Below are positions 16,438 to 26,849 of a DNA stretch of 30,064 nucleotides, piece after piece (the first letter of the stretch is position 1; every line of letters begins with the position of its first letter). Source of the stretch: Candidatus Velthaea sp. (GTDB lineage: Bacteria; Vulcanimicrobiota; Vulcanimicrobiia; Vulcanimicrobiales; Vulcanimicrobiaceae); assembly GCA_050012475.1 (NCBI GenBank), contig JBEKHC010000063.1, positions 1-30,064 of the forward strand. Direction: 5' to 3'. The position numbers were made by a program, and so were the translations under genes. The notes under the pieces were generated by a model, which saw nothing but the letters and a program-made list of their open reading frames with translations, did no database searches and had not been told where the DNA came from.

Positions 16438-18936
16438 TCAGACTTGCTGAACTTCGGGCGGCGGCGCCGCCGGTGGTTCGACCGTCGGAATCTTCGAGAA
16501 GATCAGTTTGTCGGGATTATCCGGATTGACTTCCGCCAGGATCCGGTCGCCCGAGCCGAACCGTCCCCGCAGCATCTCTTCGGCCAGCTCGTCTTCGACC
16601 TCGCGTTGAATCGCGCGCCGCAGCGGACGCGCGCCGAACTGCGGATCCCAGCCCTTCTTGGCCAGCAAGACTTTCGCGTCTTCGGTGACTTCGAGATGCA
16701 TCTCTTGCGCCTTGACTTCGCGAATGACTTTGTTAAGTTCGAGTCCCACGATCTCTTCGATCTCGGTCCGCGTAAGCTGATGGAAGACCACGATTTCATC
16801 GACGCGGTTGAGGAACTCGGGCCGGAAGGTGTGCTTGACCTCCTCGAGCACCTTGCTCTTCATCTTCTCGTAGTTTTTCTCAGCCGAGTCCCCGGTGTCT
16901 TTCGAGGGCCGGAAACCGATGTCGACCGACGACGTCATGCCGGTCGCACCGACGTTGGACGTCATGATGATCACGGCGTTTTTGAAGTCGACCACCCGGC
17001 CTTGCGAGTCGGTCAAGCGGCCGTCTTCGAGCACTTGCAGCAGTAAGTTGAAGACGTCGGGATGGGCCTTCTCGATCTCGTCGAGCAGCACGACGCAATA
17101 CGGGCGGCGCCGCACGGCTTCGGTGAGCTGGCCGCCCTCTTCGTACCCGACGTAGCCCGGAGGTGCGCCGACGAGACGCGAGACCGCATACTTCTCCATG
17201 TACTCCGACATGTCGATGCGGATCATCGACTCGCCGTCATCGAACAAGAACTCCGCCACGCTGCGCGCGACTTCGGTCTTGCCCACTCCGGTGGGTCCCA
17301 GGAAGATGAACGAACCGATCGGCCGTTTGGGATTCTTGAGCCCGGCGCGCGAGCGGCGGATCGCCCGGGTGACGACTTCGATCGCTTGATTCTGGCCGAC
17401 GACCCGTTTATGGAGCTGTTCGACCATGCCCAGCAGCTTCGCCGTTTCGGCTTGCGCCAACTTGGCAACCGGAATCTTCGTCCACGCGCTCACGATGTAG
17501 GCCACGTCGGCCTCGGTGACTTTGATCGTCTTGTCGGCCGCGGCTTTCTTATCGGCCCACTCCGCTTCCAGCCGCTGTTTCTCCAGCCGCAGCTTCTCCT
17601 CGCGATCCCGAATCGAGGCCGCCTTCTCGAACTCTTGCGACTTGACGACCGACTCTTTTTCGGTCTTGACCTTGCGGATCTCGTTCTCGATGTCGCGGAT
17701 CTCTTGCGGCGGCAACGTGGCCTGCAGGCGCACGCGCGAGGCCGCTTCGTCGATCAGATCGACGGCCTTATCGGGCAAAAACCGGTCGCTGATGTAGCGA
17801 TCGCCGAGTTTCGCCGCGGCGACGAGCGCTTCGTCGGTAATCGTGACCTTGTGGTGCGCCTCGTAACGATCGCGTAAGCCCTTGAGAATCTCGACCGTCT
17901 CTTCGACCGACGGCTCGCCGACCATGACCGGCTGGAAGCGGCGCTCGAGGGCCGAGTCCTTTTCGATATGTTTTCGGAATTCGTTGAGCGTCGTCGCGCC
18001 GATGCACTGGAGTTCGCCGCGCGCCAGCGCGGGCTTGATGATGTTCGAGGCGTCGATCGCGCCTTCGGCAGCACCGGCGCCGACGAGCGTGTGCAGTTCG
18101 TCGATGAACAGGATGATCTCACCGGCGGCGCCGCGGATCTCGTCCATCACGCGCTTCATGCGCTCTTCGAATTCGCCGCGGTATTTCGTGCCGGCGACCA
18201 ATCCCGCGAGGTCGAGCGTGATGACGCGCCGGTCGCGCAGCGGTTCGGGCACTTCGGCCTTGATGACGCGCTGCGCCAAACCTTCGGCGATCGCCGTCTT
18301 GCCGACGCCGGGTTCGCCGATGAGCGCCGGATTGTTTTTGGTGCGGCGCGACAGAATCTGGATGACGCGCTCGATTTCGCTGGCCCGGCCGATGACCGGA
18401 TCGAGCTTGTTCTCGCGCGCGAGTGTCGTCAGATCGCGGCCGTAGGCGTCGAGCGTCGGCGTCTTCGATTTGCCCTTGGGCGCCGGCGGTTGGCCTTCGG
18501 CACCAAGCAGGGACGTGGTTTGCACGCGCACTTTGGCCGGGTCGACACCGAGATTGGTGAGCACCCGCGCCGCCACGCCTTCACCTTCGCGAATGAGGCC
18601 GAGGAGCAGATGTTCCGTCCCGATATAATTATGGTTGAGCTGACGCGCTTCTTCGAATGCTAATTCGATCACGCGCTTCGCACGCGGCGTGAAGACCATC
18701 TCCTGCTGCACGGTCTGGCCGCCGCGACCGACGATCGCTTCGACTTCTTGCCGCACTTTGGCCAGATTGACGCCCAGCGTTTCGAGCACTTTGGCCGCCA
18801 GGCTCTCGCCCTCGGAGATGATGCCGAGCAAGATGTGCTCGGTGCCGATATAATTGTTACCGAGCCGCTGCGCTTCTTCTTGTGCGAGCACGATAGAACG
18901 CCGCGCGCGCTCGGTAAACGGTTCCCACATTGACAT
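16438..18936 (-). CDS. clpC: ATP-dependent Clp protease ATP-binding subunit ClpC
   Basis: 832 aa from [13 protein letters not shown]; two Clp-N repeats, Walker A GEPGVGKT and GPTGVGKT, short UVR middle domain, DIGF ClpP-docking loop, GARPLRR; GGAG upstream. Confidence 0.97.
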   Translation of the reverse strand: MSMWEPFTERARRSIVLAQEEAQRLGNNYIGTEHILLGIISEGESLAAKVLETLGVNLAKVRQEVEAIVGRGGQTVQQEMVFTPRAKRVIELAFEEARQLNHNYIGTEHLLLGLIREGEGVAARVLTNLGVDPAKVRVQTTSLLGAEGQPPAPKGKSKTPTLDAYGRDLTTLARENKLDPVIGRASEIERVIQILSRRTKNNPALIGEPGVGKTAIAEGLAQRVIKAEVPEPLRDRRVITLDLAGLVAGTKYRGEFEERMKRVMDEIRGAAGEIILFIDELHTLVGAGAAEGAIDASNIIKPALARGELQCIGATTLNEFRKHIEKDSALERRFQPVMVGEPSVEETVEILKGLRDRYEAHHKVTITDEALVAAAKLGDRYISDRFLPDKAVDLIDEAASRVRLQATLPPQEIRDIENEIRKVKTEKESVVKSQEFEKAASIRDREEKLRLEKQRLEAEWADKKAAADKTIKVTEADVAYIVSAWTKIPVAKLAQAETAKLLGMVEQLHKRVVGQNQAIEVVTRAIRRSRAGLKNPKRPIGSFIFLGPTGVGKTEVARSVAEFLFDDGESMIRIDMSEYMEKYAVSRLVGAPPGYVGYEEGGQLTEAVRRRPYCVVLLDEIEKAHPDVFNLLLQVLEDGRLTDSQGRVVDFKNAVIIMTSNVGATGMTSSVDIGFRPSKDTGDSAEKNYEKMKSKVLEEVKHTFRPEFLNRVDEIVVFHQLTRTEIEEIVGLELNKVIREVKAQEMHLEVTEDAKVLLAKKGWDPQFGARPLRRAIQREVEDELAEEMLRGRFGSGDRILAEVNPDNPDKLIFSKIPTVEPPAAPPPEVQQV

Positions 18937-19200
18937 GACGGTATCTTGACTCCCCGAGCGACTCGTCGCTCTTGCCGCCCGATCCCGGCGTACGGTTTCG
19001 GTTGTCCATATAACCATCGGCGCAAACGCCTAGTTTCAGAGCCGTCTTGTGTCTCTACCTGGCTCCTCCTGCGGCCCCGCTGCCCAGAAGAGTTTCTTCA
19101 TATGGACACCGGGGCTCGGTCCTTTTGACGACGCGGCGCTCCGGAAGCTCGCCGTGAATCCGGCGGCGACCCGGCGCGGTTAGGCGGAACGGAGGATGAG

Positions 19201-19512
19201 ATGGTAACCGAAGAGCGCGTGCGCGAAGCCCTGACCGAAGTCCAAGACCCCGAACTGCACATGGGTATCCTCGAACTCGGCCTGGTCTACGACGTCAGCG
19301 TCGAGGGCCCGGAGGGCGAAGACGTCAATGTTCTCATGACGCTGACGTCGCCGATGTGTCCGGTCGGGCCGATGTTCAAGCAGTCGGTCCAATCGAAAGT
19401 CGAATCGATCGAAGGGGTGAAAAACGTCAAGGTCGACATCACCTTCACTCCGCCCTGGGATCCGCGGACGATGGCATCGGACGACGTCAAAATGACCCTC
19501 GGGATCTGGTAA
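19201..19512 (+). CDS. Metal-sulfur cluster assembly factor (SufT/DUF59/PaaD-like)
   Basis: 103 aa; DPEL...LGLVY, MTLTSPMCP, FTPPW; GGAGGA RBS. Confidence 0.92.
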   Translation: MVTEERVREALTEVQDPELHMGILELGLVYDVSVEGPEGEDVNVLMTLTSPMCPVGPMFKQSVQSKVESIEGVKNVKVDITFTPPWDPRTMASDDVKMTLGIW

Positions 19513-19553
19513 AACCGGTCCTCACCGACCGCTCCGCCGGCGGAGACCCCGCG

Positions 19554-20420
19554 TTGAGGCTTGCTTGCACGCTGTTGGCGGGCGCGCTGCTAACCGCCGG
19601 CGCGGGCCGCGCTTGCGCGCAGACGCCCGCGCCGGCGCTCGATGCGCGCACGATTTACGATCGAACGCGCGCGACCGTCGCGGCCCGGACGCTGCCGCCG
19701 TTCATCGCCTACACGGAATACGCCGCATTCGAGCGCCGCGGGAAAATCAAAGTCCAGCGCGCGCACGTCGTCGTGCGCTTGGCCGATGGGCGGGCAAACA
19801 TTACCGCCATTCCGAATTCGCCGGGCGACCGCGTCGACACCCGCCCGGTCGTCAAGGACCGGCCGCTGGTCTACCCGACCACGACCTTCGGACTGGTCAA
19901 GCGCCGTGCCGGCGAGCAGCCTTCGACGTACGAAAGCGCTGCCGCGACGCCGGCGCGTGAACCGCACGGCCTGCCGGTGATCGGCCGCGTCGCTGCGCCG
20001 GCGCGCGACTACGAGCCGGCGCTGGTGGGTATCGAAACGCTCGCCGGGGCGAGGGTCTACCACCTCAAACTCGTCCCGCGGTTCGATCCGCGGCACCATC
20101 CCATTCGCGAGCTGTACGTCGACGCGACGACCTACGATCCGCGCCGGATCGCGATCGAGGTCTGGGCTGCTGCCGGCCCGGTCCACTCGCGGCCCACCGT
20201 CAGCGTCGACTTCGCACCCGTCGCCGGCGTTTGGATGATCGCCCATGCGACGATGGATTTCGTCCTCCGATTCGGCTTTCTCGCCTACGCCGGCAGCGCC
20301 GAATACCGAGTGAGCGACGTCAGCTTTCCAGCCGCCGAACCCGCTTGGATGTTCGACCAGCACGCGCTGGCCCGGCACGTGAGCTCCGCGCCGGGGCCGG
20401 GGCGCCCGGCGCTGCAATAA
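19554..20420 (+). CDS. Exported hypothetical protein, possibly LolA/RseB-like beta-rich fold
   Basis: TTG start with GGAG at 19542; signal peptide ending ACA-Q; YHLKLVP...RELYVD..TY pattern; 288 aa. Confidence 0.65.
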   Translation: MRLACTLLAGALLTAGAGRACAQTPAPALDARTIYDRTRATVAARTLPPFIAYTEYAAFERRGKIKVQRAHVVVRLADGRANITAIPNSPGDRVDTRPVVKDRPLVYPTTTFGLVKRRAGEQPSTYESAAATPAREPHGLPVIGRVAAPARDYEPALVGIETLAGARVYHLKLVPRFDPRHHPIRELYVDATTYDPRRIAIEVWAAAGPVHSRPTVSVDFAPVAGVWMIAHATMDFVLRFGFLAYAGSAEYRVSDVSFPAAEPAWMFDQHALARHVSSAPGPGRPALQ

Positions 20421-20467
20421 CCCGAGCTTGCGGGGGCCCGCGCTCGGCGGTCGCGAAGCGCTTGCTC

Positions 20468-22021
<1,554 letters not shown>

Positions 22022-22107
22022 ACTGAAACTCCTTTCGACAAGGGCCTCGGCCGCGTGCAACGAATGTGCGCCTGCCACCCTTCGCCCTGCCTAATGAGGA
22101 TGTTCAC

Positions 22108-22212
22108 ATGATCGAAGTACAGCGCGAAACCTGGGAGACGCCGCAGACCGAAGAGATCGGCCTGGGTTTCGAGATCACCGCCTACGTCAACGACAGCGAA
22201 TTCGGCCGCTAG
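22108..22212 (+). CDS. pqqA: PQQ precursor peptide PqqA (not in ORF track)
   Basis: MIEVQRETWETPQTEEIGLGFEITAYVNDSEFGR (34 aa); GAGGA RBS; W-x-x-P leader and G-F-E-x-x-x-Y core; directly upstream of pqqC. Confidence 0.93.
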   Translation: MIEVQRETWETPQTEEIGLGFEITAYVNDSEFGR

Positions 22213-22224
22213 TTCGACTGATTC

Positions 22225-22271
22225 GCCGGCCTCGGCAGCGCCAGGCGCGCTGCCGAGGCCGGCTTTCTTTT
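22225..22271 (+). terminator. Strong hairpin and U-tract between pqqA and pqqC
   Basis: 17-bp perfect stem GCCGGCCTCGGCAGCGC, 5-nt loop, followed by TTTCTTTT. Confidence 0.85.
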
Positions 22272-22281
22272 AGAGAAGCAC

Positions 22282-22980
22282 ATGACTGCCGTCGATACGA
22301 CCACCGGCCTCGTCGCACGCCTGCGCGCGGTGGGCGACCAGCGCTATCACGACAAGCATCCCTTTCATCGGCGCCTCGTCGAAGGTTTGCTGACCCCCGA
22401 CCAAGTTCGCTCCTGGGTCGCCAACCGCTATTACTATCAAAAGGCGATCCCGATCAAGGATGCGTTCATCCTGGCAAACCTGCCCAGCCGCGAACACCGC
22501 CGGGCCTGGCTGAAGCGGATCACCGATCACGACGGCACGCAGGGCACCGAAGGCGGCACGCACTCGTGGCTGGCTTTGTGCCGCGCCGCCGGTCTCGCTG
22601 ACGCCGACGTGCTGTCCGAACGCGGCGTCGCGCCGGGGACACGCTTTGCCGTCGATGCGTACATCGATTTCGCCCGCCGCAAACCGTGGCTGGAGTCCGT
22701 CGCTTCATCGCTCACCGAACTCTTCGGGCCGCCGGTCATGGCCGCGCGCGTCGCGGCGATTGTGGCCCGCTATCCGTGGATCGACCGTGACGGGCTGCGC
22801 TATTTCGAGAGCCGCATCCCGCTCGCGCAGGAAGACGCAGCACAAGCGCTGGGGTGGGTTCAGGAAAACGCGCTCGATCGGGCAGCGCAAGATCGCTGCG
22901 TCGCCGCGCTCGAATTCAAGTGCGACGTGCTGTGGTCGATCTTCGACGCGACCGCCCTGAGCTGCGGCGTCTTCGGATGA
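22282..22980 (+). CDS. pqqC: Pyrroloquinoline-quinone synthase PqqC
   Basis: 232 aa; RYHDKHPFH, WVANRYYYQ, PIKDA, RITDHDG, RFAVDAY, SSLTELF, FKCDVLW. Confidence 0.95.
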   Translation: MTAVDTTTGLVARLRAVGDQRYHDKHPFHRRLVEGLLTPDQVRSWVANRYYYQKAIPIKDAFILANLPSREHRRAWLKRITDHDGTQGTEGGTHSWLALCRAAGLADADVLSERGVAPGTRFAVDAYIDFARRKPWLESVASSLTELFGPPVMAARVAAIVARYPWIDRDGLRYFESRIPLAQEDAAQALGWVQENALDRAAQDRCVAALEFKCDVLWSIFDATALSCGVFG

Positions 22981-23246
22981 CGTCCGGCGTGCGGCCGGCA
23001 TTCGAGCGCGGCGTTCGGTTGCGCACCACGGACGACGGCACGGCAATGCTGCTGGTACCCGAGGGCGCCGTGAAACTCAATGGCAGCGCGGCGGCTGCGC
23101 TTGCGCTTGTCGACGGTCAACGCACGGTCGATGAGATCGTCGACGCGATTTGCGCGCGCTTCGACGTCGCCGATGCGCGCGCCCGGGACGACGTCACCGC
23201 GCTCTTCGCTCGACTCGCGCAGCGGCGCATGCTGGTCCTGTCGTGA
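22977..23246 (+). CDS. pqqD: PqqA-binding chaperone PqqD (RRE)
   Basis: 89 aa; ATGA overlap with pqqC; LLVPEGAVKLNGSA...LVDGQRTV. Confidence 0.93.
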   Translation: MTSGVRPAFERGVRLRTTDDGTAMLLVPEGAVKLNGSAAAALALVDGQRTVDEIVDAICARFDVADARARDDVTALFARLAQRRMLVLS

Positions 23247-24334
23247 TCGACGTTCGTCCGCTCTCGCTATTGTGCGAGCTGACGTATCGCTGCAACCTGC
23301 AATGTCCGTACTGCTACAATCCGCTCGACCTCGACGGCTATCGCGACGAACTCGATACTGCGACTTGGCAGCGCGTGATCGGCGAGGCGGCGGCCCTGGG
23401 CATCGTGCAGCTCGGTTTTTCGGGCGGCGAGCCGACGCTTCGCCGCGACCTGCCGGCGCTGGTGCGAACCGCGGCGAGCCGCGGACTTTACACCAATCTC
23501 ATCACGCAGGGAACGTTTCTCGACGACTCCCGCATCGCCGAACTCGCGGCCGCCGGACTCGATCATATCCAGATCAGTCTGCAGGCGCCCGAGCGCGAAC
23601 TCGCCGACGCGATCGCCGGGACCGTCGTGCACGAGCGCAAACTCGCGGCGATCGCCCGCGTGCAGGCGAGCCCGATCGCACTGACCCTCAACTGCGTGCT
23701 CCACCGCAACAATCACGATTCGATCGCTGCCGTAATCGAACTGGCGGCCGCGTTCGGCGTGCGCAAACTCGAGCTCGCGAACGTGCAGTTCTATGGCTGG
23801 GCCTACCGCAATCGGGCCGGCCTGATGCCGACGCGCGAACAAGTCGAGCGCGGTTTGCAGATCGCGACCGATGCCAAACGGCGGCTGGCGGGACGCCTGG
23901 AGATCGTCTACGTCCTTCCCGACTATTTCGAGGACCGGCCCAAAGCGTGCATGCACGGCTGGGGCCGGGCGTTCATGACCGTCGCGCCGAACGGCCGAGC
24001 GATGCCCTGCCCCGGCGCGGCGGCGATCGCGAGCTTGTCGTTCGACAACGTTCGCGACCGCTCGCTGGACGCGATCTGGAACGAATCGGCGGCGTTTACC
24101 GCCTACCGCGGGACCGGCTGGATGCCCGACCCGTGCCGTTCGTGCGAGCGGCGTGAAATCGACTGGGGCGGCTGCCGCTGTCAAGCCTTCGCGCTGACCG
24201 GGAATGCCGCCGCCGTCGATCCGGCGTGCGCGCTGAGTCCCGATCATTCGACGATCGTCGCGTTACGCGGCACCGGCGACCGGCACCCGACGCTGCTGCC
24301 GCGGCGGATGCGGGAAGGTGCCCCGGCTTTGTGA
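23243..24334 (+). CDS. pqqE: Radical SAM/SPASM PqqA peptide cyclase PqqE
   Basis: 363 aa; GTG overlap with pqqD; ELTYRCNLQCPYCYNP, FSGGEP, ELANVQFYGWA, PKACMHGWG, PCRSC...DWGGCRCQA...DPAC. Confidence 0.96.
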   Translation: MIDVRPLSLLCELTYRCNLQCPYCYNPLDLDGYRDELDTATWQRVIGEAAALGIVQLGFSGGEPTLRRDLPALVRTAASRGLYTNLITQGTFLDDSRIAELAAAGLDHIQISLQAPERELADAIAGTVVHERKLAAIARVQASPIALTLNCVLHRNNHDSIAAVIELAAAFGVRKLELANVQFYGWAYRNRAGLMPTREQVERGLQIATDAKRRLAGRLEIVYVLPDYFEDRPKACMHGWGRAFMTVAPNGRAMPCPGAAAIASLSFDNVRDRSLDAIWNESAAFTAYRGTGWMPDPCRSCERREIDWGGCRCQAFALTGNAAAVDPACALSPDHSTIVALRGTGDRHPTLLPRRMREGAPAL

Positions 24335-25224
24335 TCGTGCGCGTCCTCGGCTCGGCGGCCGGCGGCGGCGTTCCGCAGTGGAATTGCGCGTGCACGAATT
24401 GCGCTGCGGCCCGGCGCGGCGATCAGCCGCGCCGGCTGCAATCCTCGCTGGCCGTCTCCGCCGACGGCGAACGCTGGGTGCTGCTCAACGTTTCGCCCGA
24501 CATCGCCGCTCAGATCGAGGCCCATCCGCCGCTTTTGCCGACCGGTGTCCGCGGCACGCCGATCGTTTCGATGCTGCTGACCGACGCGAACGTCGACCAC
24601 ATCGGCGGCTTGGCGACGCTGCGCCAAGCCGGCAATCACCGCTTCACGGTCCGCTCGAGCGCGATCGTGCGCGACATCGCCGTCGCTCAGCCGGCCTTCG
24701 CCCCATTCGCCCAGCCGCCGCATCGCTGGCTGACGGGCGACGCAGGTGAGCTCGAACCCGCCGACGGCGACCCGGTCGGCACGGCGCTGCGCGTGCGCGC
24801 GATCTCCGTGCCGGGCCTGACGCCCGGCTTTGCCGGCCGCCGCGCCGTTCGCGGAGCCGTCACGGCATACGCGATCGACGGCGGCTCCGGCACGCTGCTT
24901 TTCGCGCCGGTCTTTGCGGCGGTCGATCCGCAGCTCGCGGCCGAGATCCGCGCGGCCGATGTCGTCTTCCTCGACGGCTCGTTCTTCACCGACGACGAGA
25001 TGCGCGCCAGGGGCGCTGGCGACAAGCGCGCCTCGGCGCTCGGTCATGCGCCGCTGGACGGGCCCGGCGGGACGCTCGCCGCGATCGGCACCGCGCACGC
25101 GCGCTGCTTCGTCACCCACGTCAACAACACCAATCCGATACTCGACCCGGCTTCCGGCGCGGCTGCGCTCTTGGCCCGGCACCAAGTCGAAGTGGCGGCC
25201 GACGGTCTCGTGCTCGAGCTCTAA
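24331..25224 (+). CDS. pqqB: PQQ biosynthesis protein PqqB (metallo-beta-lactamase fold)
   Basis: 297 aa; GTGA overlap with pqqE; LGSAAGGGVPQWNCACTNC, QSSLAVS, LTDANVDH, DGSFFTDDEM, HVNNTNP. Confidence 0.95.
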   Translation: MIVRVLGSAAGGGVPQWNCACTNCAAARRGDQPRRLQSSLAVSADGERWVLLNVSPDIAAQIEAHPPLLPTGVRGTPIVSMLLTDANVDHIGGLATLRQAGNHRFTVRSSAIVRDIAVAQPAFAPFAQPPHRWLTGDAGELEPADGDPVGTALRVRAISVPGLTPGFAGRRAVRGAVTAYAIDGGSGTLLFAPVFAAVDPQLAAEIRAADVVFLDGSFFTDDEMRARGAGDKRASALGHAPLDGPGGTLAAIGTAHARCFVTHVNNTNPILDPASGAAALLARHQVEVAADGLVLEL

Positions 25225-25234
25225 CATACTTGAA

Positions 25235-25291
25235 TGCGAACGCGAACTTGCGGCGACTAACGTCGAAGTCGCTGCGAACGCGCTCTTGCGG
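25235..25291 (+). repeat. 19-bp direct repeat pair, possible tandem operator
   Basis: TGCGAACGCGaaCTTGCGG (25235-25253) and TGCGAACGCGctCTTGCGG (25273-25291), 17/19 identical, period 38 bp, followed by TATAAC at 25295-25300. Confidence 0.6.
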
Positions 25292-25478
25292 AGCTATAAC
25301 AGCAGCAGCGGACATTTGCTCGCTTGTAAGAAACGATGACGACGGTGAAACTGCTCGATGAAACGACCCGGCCGAGCCGCGGTGGTACGCACTGCTGGCC
25401 CGCCGCCGCACATGAAGCGCGTGTGCTTGATTCGATGGAGAAAGAACCTTTGACCAGCGTGTCGACCGGGGCGAACGA

Positions 25479-26849
25479 ATGATCGCGCTCGAATTTTTGA
25501 CGCAGAGCGTCGACGATCTTCGCTTCGGGAACGTGTCGCTGCCCGGTGCGGCACCGGGCTACGATCCCGCGACGGACGCGAAAGCCATCATGTTCGCGGG
25601 TCTGTCCTCACCCGCCGCCCAGCCGGTTCCCGGATCGCAGTATACCGGCTCCTACGCTCCCGGACAGCGATTCGTCATTCGCGTTCCGCAACGCTGGAAC
25701 GGGTCGCTCATCGTCGCCGGATCGCCCGGCACGCGCAACGAGTTCTGCAACGATCTGATTTTCGGCGACTTCGCTCTAGCGCGCGGGTACGCGTTCGCCG
25801 CCAGCAACAAGGGCCTCGCCCTCAACGCCGCGCTCGAACCCGCCGCCGCCGTCGCAGACCGCACGACGGCGTACCCAATTCCGTTCGATTCCGGCGGCCT
25901 GCTCTCGGCAGGGCTTGCATTGCGCTTGGGCTTGATCTCGCCGCGGCGGATCACGATCGACAGCTGGAACGCCGATTACCGCGCGCTCGTCTGCTACGCT
26001 CGCGATCTCGTCGCCGAATTGCATTCGCGTCCGGCACGTATCTACGCCGTCGGCGCCTCCAACGGCGGCGCGCAGGTGCGGACGCTGCTCGAACGTGAGC
26101 CCGAACTCATCGATGGCGCGCTCGAATGGGAGGGCGTGTATTGGACGCCCGAGCGGAACATGCTCGACGACCTGCCGGTCTTCTTGCGCGAGATGCCGGG
26201 CTACGTGGCGAGCGGGTTCCGCGACCGCTCGGCCGTCGATCGCCTAGTCGCGTGCGGTTTCCCGCCCGACGTCGTACAAGACGATCCGGCGCACCCGTCG
26301 CTGTATGCGGAATACTATTCGAACGTTCCGCCGTTCTATGCCGACCTGACGCTGTTCGCGTACGCGCTGCTGATCGATCCCGAAGCCCACAGTTCGTTCG
26401 AGATCCCGGCCTGCGTTGCCGATCCAAACGATCCCGCCCGCTTGCCGGCGCACTGCAACGGCAGCGGTCTCGCGTTGCCCGAGAATCGCGCGGCCTACGT
26501 CCCGTCGGAAGCAGCGCGGCGCGTCGTCGCCGGATTCGCGCACACCGGGCAGATCGGCAAGCCGCTGGTGTCGATCGCCGGAACGCTCGACGCCTTCGTC
26601 ACCCCGCAGCGCAACGCGCTCGGCTACGCCGCCGCCGTCCAGCGGGCCGGACGTTCGGCGCTCCACGAGCTGTTCTTGGTCGAGGGCGGAACGCACGTCG
26701 ACAATTTCGTTTCATTCGGTTACGGGACGCAGCCCCAAGCGCCGTTCGCCTGGGCGGCCTTCGACCGGCTGGTCCGGCGGGTGGAGCACGGCGCGGCCGG
26801 CGGCGGCGGGGCGATCCGCACGGTGCGGACACCGCAGGAAATCGGATGA
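25479..26849 (+). CDS. Alpha/beta-hydrolase, tannase/feruloyl esterase or 3-hydroxybutyrate-oligomer hydrolase-like
   Basis: 456 aa; RFVIRVPQRWNG, ARGYAFAASNKG, nucleophile GASNGG, GTLD acid, GGTHVD His; no signal peptide evident. Confidence 0.8.
   Translation: MIALEFLTQSVDDLRFGNVSLPGAAPGYDPATDAKAIMFAGLSSPAAQPVPGSQYTGSYAPGQRFVIRVPQRWNGSLIVAGSPGTRNEFCNDLIFGDFALARGYAFAASNKGLALNAALEPAAAVADRTTAYPIPFDSGGLLSAGLALRLGLISPRRITIDSWNADYRALVCYARDLVAELHSRPARIYAVGASNGGAQVRTLLEREPELIDGALEWEGVYWTPERNMLDDLPVFLREMPGYVASGFRDRSAVDRLVACGFPPDVVQDDPAHPSLYAEYYSNVPPFYADLTLFAYALLIDPEAHSSFEIPACVADPNDPARLPAHCNGSGLALPENRAAYVPSEAARRVVAGFAHTGQIGKPLVSIAGTLDAFVTPQRNALGYAAAVQRAGRSALHELFLVEGGTHVDNFVSFGYGTQPQAPFAWAAFDRLVRRVEHGAAGGGGAIRTVRTPQEIG

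Noticed and set aside
16405..18933. Several plus-strand ORFs opposite clpC
   Set aside because: Antisense artefacts of a highly codon-biased gene.
19124..19130. CtsR box upstream of clpC
   Set aside because: Only one partial GTCAAA; no heptad direct repeat and no ctsR-mcsAB in the window.
22108..25224. Novel non-PQQ RiPP or mycofactocin cluster
   Set aside because: The precursor has the PqqA ExxxY core and PqqB, C, D and E are all recognisable.
25235..25291. sigma54 promoter suggested by TTGC
   Set aside because: The -24 position reads GA, not the invariant GG.
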